From assembly GCA_002269645.1 (NCBI GenBank), contig NIVC01002251.1, forward strand, positions 1 to 41,836: a stretch of 41,836 nucleotides of DNA, read 5' to 3'. The position numbers and the translations under genes are program-made. Below the pieces are notes generated by a model, which made no database searches, had not been told where the DNA came from, and was given only the letters and a program-made list of their open reading frames with translations. Shown here one piece after another: positions 23,000-34,829 of the stretch; position 1 is the first letter of the stretch; each line of letters begins with the position of its first letter. Source of the DNA: Macrostomum lignano. Taxonomy: Eukaryota.

Positions 23000-23529
23000 G
23001 GCTCCACCGCGGCCCAGTCTGCGGCCTCCACTGTTGACATTGTGCCGCCGTCTCCCCCTGCGGCGCCCCAGCAGCAGCAGCAGCAGCAACAGCCACAGAA
23101 GCGACTCGCCCGCCGCTCTTTCCTGTCCAACCCGCGCCCGTCTTCCGCCTCATCCTCCGCCTCGTCCGTCGCCTCCGCCGTCTCCTTTGACAAGCCGCCC
23201 AACGCCAAGGCCTCCAACGTGGCCCGGACAATTTTCGGCCGGAAGCGGCCACCAAAGGGTCTCAACTATCGGCCGGACGCGCCTGACCTGCCGCCGGCCA
23301 AGCGGGCTTTCCTGTACGGCGAGGAGCAGCAGAAGCAGCAACAGCAGAAGCTGACAGCCGAGCCCATTGTGGTGCTGTCGGACAGCAGCAACAGCAGCGG
23401 CGCCTGTTCTCCCAGCGAGAAGTCGCCCGACTGTGCGGTGGGGCGGGCAGCGAAAATTGGCAAGGAGAATTCGGATGCTGGCGCTGCTGCCGAGCTTGAG
23501 GCTGAGGCCGATTGCTGGCTGCCTGCGGA
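23000..23529 (+). CDS. DNA2: DNA2 first identifiable coding exon (low-complexity N-terminal extension; no in-frame ATG)
   Basis: CTCTCACAG| acceptor at 22999; open frame GSTAAQ...CWLPA; donor GA|GTGAGA (phase 2) splices in frame to the next exon. Confidence 0.75.
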
Positions 23530-23754
23530 GTGAGATCCCAATCTGGCCTGTTTGGGATTCCGCATAAGCTCGTTGGGATTGAGGATTTAACAGACCTTGG
23601 AAACCCATCGCATTGAAAACCTGTCTGAGTATTGACCTTCAGACAATATTTTGATCTCCTTAAAATCCTATCTCGTCTTGAGATCTCAGATGATCTCATA
23701 CGGGTCCTATATGATCTTCTTGGCCTCCCGTATGATATCCTTGGCGTCCCGGAT

Positions 23755-24000
23755 GATCTCATTAGGATCCCATATAATCTCGAGATCCCATATAATCTTG
23801 GATCCCATATAATCTTGAGATCCCATATAATCTTGAGATCCCATATGATATTGAGATCCCATATGATATAATCTTGGATCCCATATAATCTTGAGATCCC
23901 ATATGATCTTGAGATCCCATGTAATCTTGAGATTCTATATAATTTTAAGATCCCATATAATCTTGGGATCCCATATAATCTTAAGATCCCATATAATCTA
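23755..24000. repeat. 18-nt minisatellite, DNA2 intron 1
   Basis: GATCCCATATAATCTTGA. Confidence 0.9.
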
Positions 24001-24149
24001 TCTCAATTTGTGATTATTATCTCAAGATCTTATCTCACATTGAAATTCAAGTATAATCTCCTTGAGATCTCTCTATGATCTAGTTGGATCCCATCCCGCC
24101 TCCTTAGGATCCGACCTCCCTAACTCTGAGACCCCAACCCCTCCTGCAG

Positions 24150-24281
24150 GTGGCGCCACCGACCCGAGTGGATCCGCGGCCGGGTCCGCTCAGTGAAGCG
24201 GCTGTCTGACGAGCTGGAGCTCGACTGTGCGGGACTCGAACCCTGCGGCTGGAATTTCGTCTGCCGACTGTGTGACTCTTG
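24150..24281 (+). CDS. DNA2: DNA2 exon 2
   Basis: CCTGCAG| ... TG|GTGAGG; EWRHRPEWIRGRV...FVCRLCDSW; phase 2->2. Confidence 0.82.
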
Positions 24282-24420
24282 GTGAGGCCCGAATTGGGTA
24301 GCACCTGTTGACCCCATTTGTATTGCGAAATCCCATTTCTAAGATGATTTCCTATGAGGCCTCCATCGCCGCCCGATTGTCATCTGTTTCAATGGCGCCA
24401 TTGTCAAACTTCTCTCTCAG

Positions 24421-24597
24421 GTCGGAGACTCGCCTGCACACAGGGGACACGGTTCAGATCGTGCTCAGCCCGGAGACGCCATGGCAACCGGATCACCCGG
24501 AGCTGTCTGTCACGGACCAGCAAAATTATTTTGTGCTGCTGCCGGACCAGCTGCTCAGTGCCACCGCCGTGGTGGCCTCGCTTGGCTGCGTGCGGAG
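24421..24597 (+). CDS. DNA2: DNA2 exon 3 (contains the first Fe-S Cys)
   Basis: GDTVQIV...YFVLLPDQLLSATAVVASLGCVRR matches the DNA2 YPDxLISxTxIxxSxxCxRR motif. Confidence 0.92.
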
Positions 24598-24612
24598 GTG
24601 AGTTGCAGCGGG

Positions 24613-25003
24613 CTGGGATCTGAGGACTCGAAACTGGGGATCTGAGGGCTGGGGACTTGGCGTCTGAGGGCTGGGGACTTGGGATCTGAGGGTTGGGACT
24701 GGATACTGAGGGCTGCGGACTTGGGATCTGAGGGTTGGGGACTTGGGATCTGAGGACTCGAAACTGGGGATCTGAGGGCTGGGGATTTGGGATCTGAGGA
24801 CTCGAAACTGGGGATCTGAGGGCTGGGGATTTGGGATCTGAGGACTCGAAACTGGGGATCTGAGGGCTGGGGATTTGGGATCTGAGGACTCGAAACTGGG
24901 GATCTGAGGGCTGGGGATTTGGGATCTGAGGACTCGAAACTGGGGATCTGAGGACTCGAAACTGGGGATCTGAGGGCTGGTGACTTGGGATCTTAGGACT
25001 GGA
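24613..25003. repeat. 44-nt compound minisatellite, DNA2 intron 3
   Basis: GGGGATCTGAGGGCT + GGGGATTTGGGATCTGAGGACTCGAAACT. Confidence 0.9.
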
Positions 25004-25113
25004 GACTGAGACCTGGACAATTTATCTAGAATTGAGATAAAATAAAGATCTGCAGACAATGCCGTAGGGAAATATGCCCGAATCCACTGTCATGTGCCGC
25101 CACGCTGTTACAG

Positions 25114-25201
25114 GTCGGTGCTGGACTCAATGTACACATCGTTGGAAGGCGAGAACAAAGTCATGCTGCTGGGCAGCGTTGTGCACCAGCTGTTTCAGGA
25201 T
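25114..25201 (+). CDS. DNA2: DNA2 exon 4
   Basis: RSVLDSMY...MLLGSVVHQLFQD matches the MLxGTxxHExFQ motif; donor GTAAGT. Confidence 0.92.
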
Positions 25202-25378
25202 GTAAGTCAGACTGGCCCAGCCTCATACTTTGCATTTCATTTGAATATAAATGTTTGATTTCACTAAGTCCGAACTAAACATGGAAATCTTTTTGGTTTC
25301 TAACTGGCTCATAACTCACAGAATCACCACCGGGTATTTTAGGTTCGGTAATTAATCATTCGCATAATAAGTTTGATC

Positions 25379-26219
25379 GTATGGGATCCTAATGAGATCA
25401 TATGGGATCCTAAGGAGATCATATGGGATCCTGATGAGATCATATGGGATCCTAATGAGATCAAATGGGATTCTAATGAGATCAAATGGGATTCTAATGA
25501 GATCAAATGGGATCCTAATGAGATCATATGGGATCCTAATGAGATCATATGGGATCCTAAGGAGATCATATGGGATTCTAATGAGATCATATGGGATCCT
25601 AATGAGATCATATGGGATCCTAAGGAGATCAATGGGATCCTAAGGAGATCATATGGGATCCTAAGGAGATCATATGGGATCCTAAGGAGATCATATGGGA
25701 TCCTAAGGAGATCATATGGGATCCTAATGAGACCATATGGGATCCCCAGTAGACCATATGGAATCCCCAGTAGACCATATGGGATCCCCAGTAGACCATA
25801 TGGGATCCCCAGTAGACCATATGGGATCCCCAGTAGACCATATTGGATCCCCAGTAGACCATATGGGATCCCCAGTAGACCATATTGGATCCCCAGTAGA
25901 CCATATGGGATCCCCAGTAGACCATATTGGATCCGCAGTGGATCATATGGGATCCGCAGTGGATCATATGGGATCCGCAGTGGATCATATGGGATCCGCA
26001 GTGGATCATATGGGATCCGCAGTGGATCATATGGGATCCGCAGTGGATCATATGGGATCCGCAGTGGATCATATGGGATCCGCAGTGGATCATATGGGAT
26101 CCGCAGTGGATCATATGGGATCCGCAGTGGATCATATGGGATCCGCAGTGGATCATATGGGATCCGCAGTGGATCATATGGGATCCGCAGTGGATCATAT
26201 GGGATCCGCAGTGGATGAT
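25379..26219. repeat. 21-nt minisatellite in three variant blocks, DNA2 intron 4
   Basis: ATGGGATCCTAATGAGATCAT / ATGGGATCCCCAGTAGACCAT / ATGGGATCCGCAGTGGATCAT. Confidence 0.95.
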
Positions 26220-26405
26220 ATGCACGGATTCAATCCAGAGGTCGTATCGTGAAGAGTCAGACGCGGTTACTCTAATGGATAAAGTAGGGAATATTTATCT
26301 GAATTCCCGAAGCATTGCGGGCAAAATGCACTAGGGGAAGAACCTCTTGGACACGAATATCTCGATAGTCCCCCAAGTTGAACTGTTTGCTCGGCTCGCC
26401 CGCAG

Positions 26406-26783
26406 CTGCTGGTTCGCCATCAGACGGCTCCCGTGACGGAGGCGTCAGCCTCGGCGGCAGCGGCGCAGCTGGTGAATTCCGGGCAGCTGGCGCAGCAGCT
26501 GGCGGCGCTGGGACTGTCCGAGTCCGAGCTGCTGGCCGAGGTGTCCCAGTTTGTCAAGCACATCGTCGACTGGCTTCGCCGCCATCACGACGACGATGGC
26601 AGCGACGGTCTGCGGGTGAACGGCGTGGCGGACATCGAGGAGAGCGTCGGCAGCCGAAGATTCGGCCTGAAGGGCAAGGTGGACGTCAGCCTGCTGGTGG
26701 CTGACGCTGCGGGCGGCGACAAGCGGCTGCCAGTTGAACTTAAAACTGGCCGGGCGAGCTTCAGCCACGAGCACGTTGGACAG
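26406..26783 (+). CDS. DNA2: DNA2 exon 5 (nuclease active site)
   Basis: DIEES...RFGLKGKVDV...VELKTG...EHVGQ, PD-(D/E)XK (RecB/Cas4-like) nuclease motifs. Confidence 0.96.
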
Positions 26784-26802
26784 GTAAGCAGCACGCGGGC
26801 TG

Positions 26803-27722
26803 GCGAGATTTGTTGGAATCGGTAGGTAGATTTGTTGGAATCGGTAGGTAGATTTGTTGGAATCGGTAGCTAGATTTGTTGGAATCGGTAGCTAGATTTG
26901 TTAGAATCGGTAGCTAGATTTGTTGGAATCGGTAGCTAGATTTGTTGGAATCGGTAGCTAGATTTGTTAGAATCGGTAGCTAGATTTGTTGGAATCGGTA
27001 GGTAGATTTGTTGGAATCGGTAGCTAGATTTGTTAGAATCGGTAGCTAGATTTGTTAGAATCGGTAAGTAGATTTGTTAGAATCGGTAGCTAGATTTGTT
27101 AGAATCGGTAGCTAGATTTGTTGGAATCGGTAGCTAGATTTGTTAGAATCGGTAGCTAGATTTGTTGGAATCGGTAGGTAGATTTGTTAGAATCGGTAGC
27201 TAGATTTGTTAGAATCGGTAAGTAGATTTGTTAGAATCGGTAGCTAGATTTTTTGGAATTGGTAGGTAGATTTGTTAGAATCGGTAGGTAGATTTGTTAG
27301 AATCGGTAGCTAGATTTGTTAGAATAGGTAAGTAGATTTGTTAGAATCGGTAGCTAGATTTTTTGGAATCGGTAGGTAGATTTTTTGGAATCGGTAGGTA
27401 GATTTGTTAGAATCGGTAGCTAGATTTGTTAGAATCGGTAGCTAGATTTGTTAGAATCGGTAGCTAAATTTGTTAGAATCGGTAGGTAGATTTGTTAGAA
27501 TCGGTAGGTAGATTTGTTAGAATCGGTAGCTAGATTTGTTAGAATCGGTAGGTAGATTTGTTAGAATCGGTAGGTAGATTTGTTAGAATAGGTAGGTAGA
27601 TTTGTTAGAATCGGTAGCTAGATTTGTTAGAATCGGTAGGTAGATTTGTTAGAATCGGTAGCTAGATTTGTTAGAATCGGTAGCTAGATCTGTTAGAATC
27701 GGTAGCTAGATTTGTTAGAAAC
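26803..27722. repeat. 22-nt minisatellite (~41 copies), DNA2 intron 5
   Basis: AGATTTGTTAGAATCGGTAGCT variants. Confidence 0.95.
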
Positions 27723-27788
27723 GTCTGGTGGATAGCAACAATTTCACACGCAGAGCTCAAGCCTCAACATTGTGCTCAACCATGCCAG

Positions 27789-28128
27789 GCCCTGCTGTAC
27801 TCAATGATGCTTGACGGCCCCGAAGCCGAGAACTCATCAACAGCTGACGGCGCTGACGGCGCTCTGCTGCTGTACCTGCGCGACGGCCCACAGCAGCAGC
27901 TGTTCCGTCCTGACAGGTCCCGGCGCTGCGGTCTCCTGCAGCTGCGCAACGAGCTGGCCGGCTGGCTGGCCCGGCCCCCTGTCGTCGTTGATGAAGGCGA
28001 CGGAGGCAGCACCGAGGCTTGCGAAGTTCGGCTTGCGCCGCTGCCCGACCCGCTGACCGGCAGGGACCGCTGGTGCGCTGCCTGCCCGCAGCTGCTCAGC
28101 TGCTCACTGCTGCATCGGCTGGCAAAAG
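27789..28128 (+). CDS. DNA2: DNA2 exon 6 (Fe-S CxxCx5C)
   Basis: ALLYSMM...LLLYL...LLQLRNELA...CAACPQLLSC. Confidence 0.93.
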
Positions 28129-28650
28129 GTGATCCCTTGATCCCAGATCCTTTCACCCCAGATCCCTTGACCCCAGATCCCTTGACCCCAGATCCTTTCA
28201 CCCCAGATCCCTTGACCCCAGATCCCTTGATCCCAGATCCCTTGACCCCTGAGAATTGATTCCTGATCCCTGATCCCACATCCCAGATTATTCACCCACG
28301 ATCACTTGATCCCAGATCATTGATCCTTGATCCCTGATCCCTTGATCCCTGATCCCTGATAATTGATTCCCGATCCCTGATCCCACATCCCAGATATTTG
28401 ACCCATGATCACTTGATCCCTTGATCCCTGATCCCTTGATCCCTTGATCCCTGATCCCTTGATCCCTGATCCCTTGATCCCTGATCCCTTGATCCCTGAT
28501 CCCTTGATCCCTGATCCCTGATAATTGATTCCCGATCCCTGATCCCACATCCCAGATATTTGACCCATGATCACTTGATCCCAGATCGTTGATCCCTACT
28601 CCCTGATCCCTTGATTACTTGATCCCTGATCCCTTGATCCCTGATCCCCT
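28129..28650. repeat. GATCCCT(T) 7-8-nt repeat with larger internal duplications, DNA2 intron 6
   Basis: Starts at the donor GT itself. Confidence 0.9.
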
Positions 28651-28702
28651 AATCCAAGCTGTCAGATTTTAACGCTCAGCGCGACCCCCCACCCCTTGCC
28701 AG

Positions 28703-28958
28703 GCGAGGCCGGCTGCAGTTTCGGCGGTCGGCCATCTGCCGAGAAGGCGATGCGCCACCTGAGCGAGAGGCACGCGGCCTACTTTGGCCACTGGAGTCGC
28801 CTGCTGCTGATGGAGCGTCAGGCTGGCCAAGCGGAGGCTGAGGCTACGTCAGCTGCCGCGGCTGCATCCGCCACTCTGCTGTTCGAGGGGCAGCGGCCGG
28901 CCGGCGGTCGGGACGGCGGCTCCGGCCAGCAGACTCTGGTCCGCTTCCGGGTTGCTGG
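28703..28958 (+). CDS. DNA2: DNA2 exon 7
   Basis: HLSERHAAYFGHWSRLLLME matches HLxxxHxxYFxxWxxLLxxE; phases 1->2. Confidence 0.9.
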
Positions 28959-29019
28959 GTGAGCGCGGGGCGAGTAATTACTTGGCATAGGTGGGGAATG
29001 CCTAGTTAGATTATCGATT

Positions 29020-29280
29020 CCTGACAGGATTAGGTATTAGGGTTTAGAGATTAGGGATAAGGGATCGGGGTTTTGGGATTAGAGATAAGGGATTAGGGTT
29101 TTGGGATTACGCGGATAAGGGAATGGGGATTAAGTTTTGGGGTTTAGGGATTATGATTGGGGATTAGGGTTTAGGTATTAGGGATAAGGGATTAGCAATT
29201 TGGGATTGGGGATTAGGCATTTGGGATTTGGGATCGGGGATTGGGGATAAGAGATTGGAATTTTGGTTTAGGGATTAGGG
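29020..29280. repeat. Degenerate GGGATT(AG) repeat, DNA2 intron 7
   Basis: G-rich imperfect repeats. Confidence 0.7.
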
Positions 29281-29613
29281 TGAGAAACTAAATATTAGAA
29301 TAGAATGATTGAAAAGAATAGGATTAATTTGAAGGATTGATGAAGCTTCTGTGTGATTTGTAAATCTGGGGATTAAATTACGAGTACTCGTATAGGATTA
29401 ACTCTTTCTGTTAATATTAGCAATATAATTTTTTAAAGATTCATGCATCCTAAAAGGGATTCAAGACTGCAATTTTTGGGATTTAAAAATCATTTTCGAG
29501 TAAACATCAATGATATATTTTGAGTTTCTTGATTATTGTTTTCATCGTGTTGCCATGACAACCTTGCACTTCTGTTATCTCCCCCCCCATTGCTGAATTC
29601 CCGTCGCCGTCAG

Positions 29614-29754
29614 CACCGACGAGCCACCGCTGACGGACGTGGCCTCCGAGGGCGACTTCGCTGTGGTGGACTCGGCGGATGGCTGCCTGGTCGGGCTGTG
29701 CGCCGGCTTGGTCAGGGAGATGGCCTGCGACCGACTGGCTCTGCTGTGCGACAG
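29614..29754 (+). CDS. DNA2: DNA2 exon 8 (stalk/barrel)
   Basis: EGDFAVVDS...GLCAGLVREM...LLCDR; phase 2->2. Confidence 0.88.
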
Positions 29755-29769
29755 GTGTGCAGGGGCATG

Positions 29770-30030
29770 CTGGGATAGCCTTAGGTGGTTAAGGGATGGG
29801 GAGAGCCGATTAGGGGATAGGGAGAGCCGATTAGGGGATATGGACAGCCGATTAGGGGATAGGGAGAACCAGATAAGGAATATATAGAGCCGATTAGGGG
29901 ACTGATAGAGCTGATTAGGGAATAGGGAGAGCCAATTAGAGAACCGGTTAGGGAATAGATAGGGACAATTAGTGAATGGATGGAGCCTATTAGGGGACTG
30001 GGATAGCTTGTTTAGGGGACGGGTGGAGCC
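29770..30030. repeat. Degenerate ~21-nt repeat, DNA2 intron 8
   Basis: GGGAGAGCCGATTAGGGGATA. Confidence 0.7.
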
Positions 30031-30090
30031 GTTTAAGCGAAAGGGATAATTGTAGCATCCTGCTAAATCGCCACCAACTTCTACCTGCAG

Positions 30091-30201
30091 ACCGCTGAAG
30101 AAGACGGACCTGCATTATCGGATACGAAAAAGCAACTCGCAAAAATCTATAGGAATTTGCCTATCCTACCTGGTTATGCTAATGGAAGATTCCCCTATCA
30201 G
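30091..30201 (+). CDS. DNA2: DNA2 exon 9
   Basis: CTGCAG| ... AG|GTGGGG; HYRI...YLVMLMEDSP; phase 2->2. Confidence 0.8.
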
Positions 30202-30277
30202 GTGGGGCTGGTTTTTTTCAATCTTCTCAAACCTCTGCTTTGCTTCTCAAAATTAGTTTTTTGTTTGCTTCTTTCAG

Positions 30278-30354
30278 CACAAGACTGCGAGAGCTTCTCA
30301 TTGACAGGCGGCCGCCCGAGGTGACCAGCTTCGATCATGCGACCGTCGTGTCAG
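30278..30354 (+). CDS. DNA2: DNA2 exon 10
   Basis: RLRELLIDRRPP matches the LRxLIIDxxxP motif; phases 2->1. Confidence 0.88.
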
Positions 30355-30440
30355 GTCTGAATTATATTACTTACGCAGGCAGTAGTGCTACTTGCGCATG
30401 CCAGCTATATTTACACTAAACTGAAACGCATTGATTTCAG

Positions 30441-30542
30441 TGCGACAATTTGCGGTGCCGCTGAACAGGGAGCAGCGCAAGTGCCTTCTAGCGACCCTAG
30501 CAGCCAAGGACTTCGTCCTGCTCAAAGGCTATCCTGGAACCG
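30441..30542 (+). CDS. DNA2: DNA2 exon 11 (start of helicase, Walker A first half)
   Basis: LNREQRKCL...KDFVLLKGYPGTG; donor GTAAGT. Confidence 0.95.
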
Positions 30543-30707
30543 GTAAGTTATAAAAAGCATTTACTTACTTGCTTAGCTGCAGGGCTGTCCCGGGGGGACA
30601 CAGCGGGAAGGCGCGAACGCCCATTCCGCTAATCCCTGAACGGCCGACGCGTCGCTATGGACGAAGGGTTGGCGCCGCCCAGGGAGGTCCCCCAGTGTCG
30701 CCAGCAG

Positions 30708-31717
30708 CTATGGTGCTCTCTGGAAAGGAGAGTTCAGCCCTGCGGGTGGCCCGGAGGTAGCGCATGAGCTGATTAAAGTTTCGGGTTTGCACGCTTCAGT
30801 AATAGATGTGTGTGGCCCGAGGTAAGTGAGTCTGGCTCGCATAAAGGCGGGACAGATGCTGACGAAATACTCAGCGGTTCCGTCACCTGAGTTACAGAAA
30901 CTGCAGATGGCGTTGGTGGCGTTGCCCTGCAGGTACTGGTGCCTAGAGAAGCAGCCGTGACCTGAGAGGGTCATGGTGGCAGCCCGGATGTCTCTGCGCG
31001 AGAGGCGCAAGAGGAGCTTCCGGAGCTGGTGAGAGGGCTGAGGGACAGCGCCTCTGGATTGCCTGCAGGTGGTGCAGTTCGCCCAAGTCGAGCGGTGCTG
31101 GGTCCTGATCCACGCTTTGATGCGCGAGTCGGGAGCCAGGAATCGGGACAAGGGGTTCGGGACCGAGAGAGGAGCCGGAGGCGCCAACTTTAGCAAGGGC
31201 GTCAGCCAACTCATTTCCTCGGATCCCCACATGCCCCGGAACCCACTTAAAGGTGAATTTATTGGTGGAGCCCAACATGTTGAGGAGTTTGATACAGTCG
31301 AGGACTGTAGCAGAATTGGTACTACAGCCACTGATGGCGTGCAAGGCAGCTTGGCTGTCCCAATGGAAAATGTTCTTACCGGTTACGCCAGTGGCGAGGA
31401 GCTCTGCGGTGCAGGAGCTGATGGCGAGAACTTCATTTTGGAAGACACTGGAGTTGACCCCCGTGTACTGAGCGTGGGTTGCGATGACCCTCCCGTTCAA
31501 GAAGATTCCAACACCAAAACCGGTGTTGGCTGACTGCTTAGAACCATCGGTGTAGCAGTGAAGCTCACCAGGGTTCCAGTGGTCATTGATGGTATCGCGC
31601 GAGTCGATTAGCGTTGTCTCAGGTTGAGCGTTGAGGCAATGCCATCGGTAAAAGACGCGATTGGCCTGACACTCGTTGAGAATGTTGAGGCACAGGTCGC
31701 TATGCGGGTGAGGCGGC
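30708..31717 (-). pseudogene. LINE ORF2: RNase H and C-terminal Zn-knuckle region
   Basis: CYTDGSK, VFQNEVLAI, WDSQAAL, WVPGHVGIRGNELADALAK; CSFCNSGDGTAEYFVSICP. Confidence 0.92.
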
Positions 31718-33300
31718 TTAGTTCAATCTTCCGACTATCGCATGCAGGGCGCTGTCAGTCGCCCTCCCAGTACGGAAGACGTGCTGGTGATTGCTGAGGG
31801 GTATTGCTGTCAGCTCGCATCGCATGAAAGCAGCCGCCAGAGAATAAGCCTCTCAGTCAGCTTTAGCATTGCTGACGTTAAGCTAATTGGCCTAAAGGCC
31901 TTGACGCTCTGGTAGTCACCCTTCCCAGGTTTGGGAATGAAGACTACCCGAGCTTCGGTCCAGCACTTGGCAACGTATCCCAGCTGGATAGAGGCCCGCA
32001 TGAGATTGCGGGTAAGTCTCAAGAACGAGGGTATCTTGGCTGCTTCACGAAGAAGAACAGAGTAGATACCATCAGGTCCAGGAGATTTGAAGGGCTTGAA
32101 GGTTCTGACCGCACGAGCGATTAAGTCTTCAGTGATAATGCCCGCCGCTAGGGTGGTTCCATCCATCGAATGGTTGGGTTCCAATCTAGCAGTGGGTACC
32201 GTCGGAAAGAATGTGCTGAGCATATACTGAAGCACTTCTTCAGGGTCTTTAGTAAGAGAGCCATCATCTTTTCTGATCATGGCTAATTTTGACATTTTGT
32301 CCATTGTAAGGGCCTTGACAAGCCTAGAAGTAGGTCTGTCTTGATCCAATTCATTGCAGAATTAGCGCCATTTACATTCCTTGGCCTTGCGCACTTCAGA
32401 TTTGAAGTTGCGGGAGGCTTGTCGGAAAAGCTCCATGTCCTCTGGGTTTCCGGTCTTCATGGCACGGCGATGAAGGCTTTTGGCCTTCCGCCTGAGTTTC
32501 CCCAGCTCCGGGTTCCACCACGGTGCCGAGGTCTTGCCTTTGTAGGCACGGACAGGGCAGGCCGCTTCAAAGGCTGCAATAATGCAACCTGTCAGCGTCT
32601 CAGCCGCATGATCCACATCCTCGCAGGTCTCAATCGGACAGGAAGGGCTCCTCAGACCAGACTCTCCACTCCTCAACTCTGTCAAAGAGTCTTGGGGTAA
32701 CGAGTGTGGCATCGAGGACCTCAGTCCATCTGCCATTGTTAAAGATAGGAGTTCTACCGCGGTTGCAGAGCATGAGGTTTGTGTTAGAGATAAGGGCCAG
32801 AAGCTCCTCCCCTCTAGTATTGGTGTCTTTGCTGCCCCAGTGCTTATGGTGTGCGTTGAGGTCGCCCCCTAAGCACAGCTCAGCGTTCTGGGACTCGCAG
32901 TACTGCGCAAGGCGCAGTAGACTCCCAGGTGCAGGGTCTCTGTCGCCTGGAATATAAATCGAAGCAGCAAGACACGTCCGCGGAGAGATATGATTAGATT
33001 GGATGACACAGTGGTCTCCATCTGAGAGATCAGTCCTCAGCCAAGTCTGGAGATGGCTGGCAGCGAGGATAGCCGCTCTGGGGCGGCTGTTCCCCGGGCC
33101 ACACACATAAAAGTCAGAGTAGTCAGAAGGAATGTTGGGCAACTTACCGGTGCGCATCCAGGGTTCCTGGATCAGGATGAGGCCTGGCCTGTACAGCTCA
33201 GCAATCTTCATCAGATTTACTGACGCAGATACGCAATGCTGTAAATTTATTTGCAGACAGAATGTCGCTCCTTTGGCAGCGTGGAGCTTAGTCGTACTGT
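31718..33300 (-). pseudogene. LINE ORF2: APE endonuclease and N-terminal RT, frameshifted and truncated
   Basis: ORFs 32630-33211, 32362-32736 and 31810-32349 in different frames; ends at HQHVFRTGRATDSALHAIVGRLN*. Confidence 0.9.
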
Positions 33301-33422
33301 ATTAAATGCAATAGCTGGCTAGAACCCCGGGCCATCAAGGAGACTTGGAAAGCAAATCGTCCTCGTCCCAGGCCGTTGGGGCTTGACTGGGAGATGGGAG
33401 TTGGTCGACGTCTATGGCCTCC

Positions 33423-34829
33423 TCACCCCCACCAGCCCCCCCCCCCAGCAGAGTCCTCGGGCTCCGATGACAGGATGGAGGAAGCTTCCTCATCTGTATC
33501 TTTGCCTTCAGACCCCACCAGGGTGGCCGAGGAGAGCTCGGATTCCGAAGACCCAGCCTCGTCCTCAACTCCTTCTCCTGCTAGCAGGTTCGCTTCCCGG
33601 GGCTTGGCCGGAGCCGTCACCGCGGTCGCCGAATTGCTGCTAGCAGAGGGGCCAGACGCAGCTCCGGCTTTGGGATCGGCTTGCGCCTTTCCTTGTGCCT
33701 TAGACTGCGCCCCGCTCTTGCCGGAGATGCCGGGGTTGGCAGAAGCCTTCCCCTTGGCAGACTTTCCTCGGCGCATCTTGAGCTTGAGGGCACCCAGCTG
33801 GAAAGAGGATCCGTTAGGGTACCGACTCGCCCAAGCGTTGGAAAGGCCGATGACGATTGATTTGCCCGTCTCCCCCCTGCAGACATTGCGGTGATACACC
33901 AGTCCACTAGCAGGGAGGTCGGGATTCAGGCGCAGTAGGACCCGGCGGATAACGTCTGGTCCAGCTGCGGTGCTCTTTGCAGGGACAAAAACCACGTAGG
34001 TTATTGTCTTTGGACGCTGGCCTTCGCGAAGAAAAAGGGCTCCGCCGAGGTCAGCATCCAAGGAGACCGTCGGCAGCCGCTGAAGCAGCTGCTGAGCGTC
34101 CTCCTCACTGCTAGGAGCAATAAGAACGAATGTGCTTCGCAGCACCATCCATTCAATGCCGATGGAGATTCCCTCCTCGACAGTCAGCTCAATCAGATAG
34201 GAGTCAATAGCACTCCACACTTTTTGAAGCTGATCAGTGGTCCAGTCCTGGTCGCGACCTTGAATGATCACTCCCGGGATTTTGGCCTTGGCCTTCGCCG
34301 CAAAGGTAGCTCCCGAAGGAACCTCCTTGTTGGCAGTGGCCATTTGTTGCGCCGTGGTTTCGGCCTCAGCAGCCGCAGCAGCATCTCCAGGGAGCGCCGC
34401 CGCTGAACTACCGGAGCTTCCACCGGCCGGCCCGTCTGGTTGCCTTGGGACGCCAGTTGCTTCAGCGTCCATGGTGGACGCCGCCGCTTTGGCCCCCGCA
34501 GCTCCCTACTTGGCCTGCCTTTTGGCGCGTTGCTTAGCGCGTTTGCGCTCAAGCCGAGCCCGCTGAGCTTCGTCGGATCTGCCAGATTTGGCCGGTCCTT
34601 TAGGCTCAGAGCTCGCGGTTCCCTTTGATCCTCCAGCAGAGCTGGCAGGTCTTTGGGTACTTTGAGTTTGGTAGCTCTGGTCGGATCTGCCAGCAGAGCC
34701 AGCCGGCCCTCCCTTTGCCACAGTTGAATCAGTCGGTTAGGATCTGCCAGCAGGGCCGGCTGGTCCGTCGGACTGAGGTTGGGGTTTAGAAGGGTCCCCG
34801 TCCCTAGAAATAGCTTGTTTATTATCCAT
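33423..34829 (-). pseudogene. LINE ORF1 (gag-like), interrupted by two in-frame stops
   Basis: ATG at 34829 is in frame with the 349-aa ORF 34472-33423; stops near 34739 and 34506. Confidence 0.75.

Noticed and set aside
22876-23040. ATG at 22876 as the DNA2 start
   Set aside because: Out of frame with the DNA2 exon (offset 124 nt) and terminates near 23040.
25339-26334. Overlapping repetitive ORFs (281, 198, 171 aa and others)
   Set aside because: Translations of the intronic 21-nt minisatellite between well-supported DNA2 exons.
29020-29280. Interstitial telomere
   Set aside because: Only scattered TTAGGG within a degenerate GGGATT repeat; no tandem array.
30096-30130. CTGAAGA...GAAA hammerhead-like words
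   Set aside because: Lies within DNA2 coding exon 9; no stem II/III pairing or cleavage triplet.
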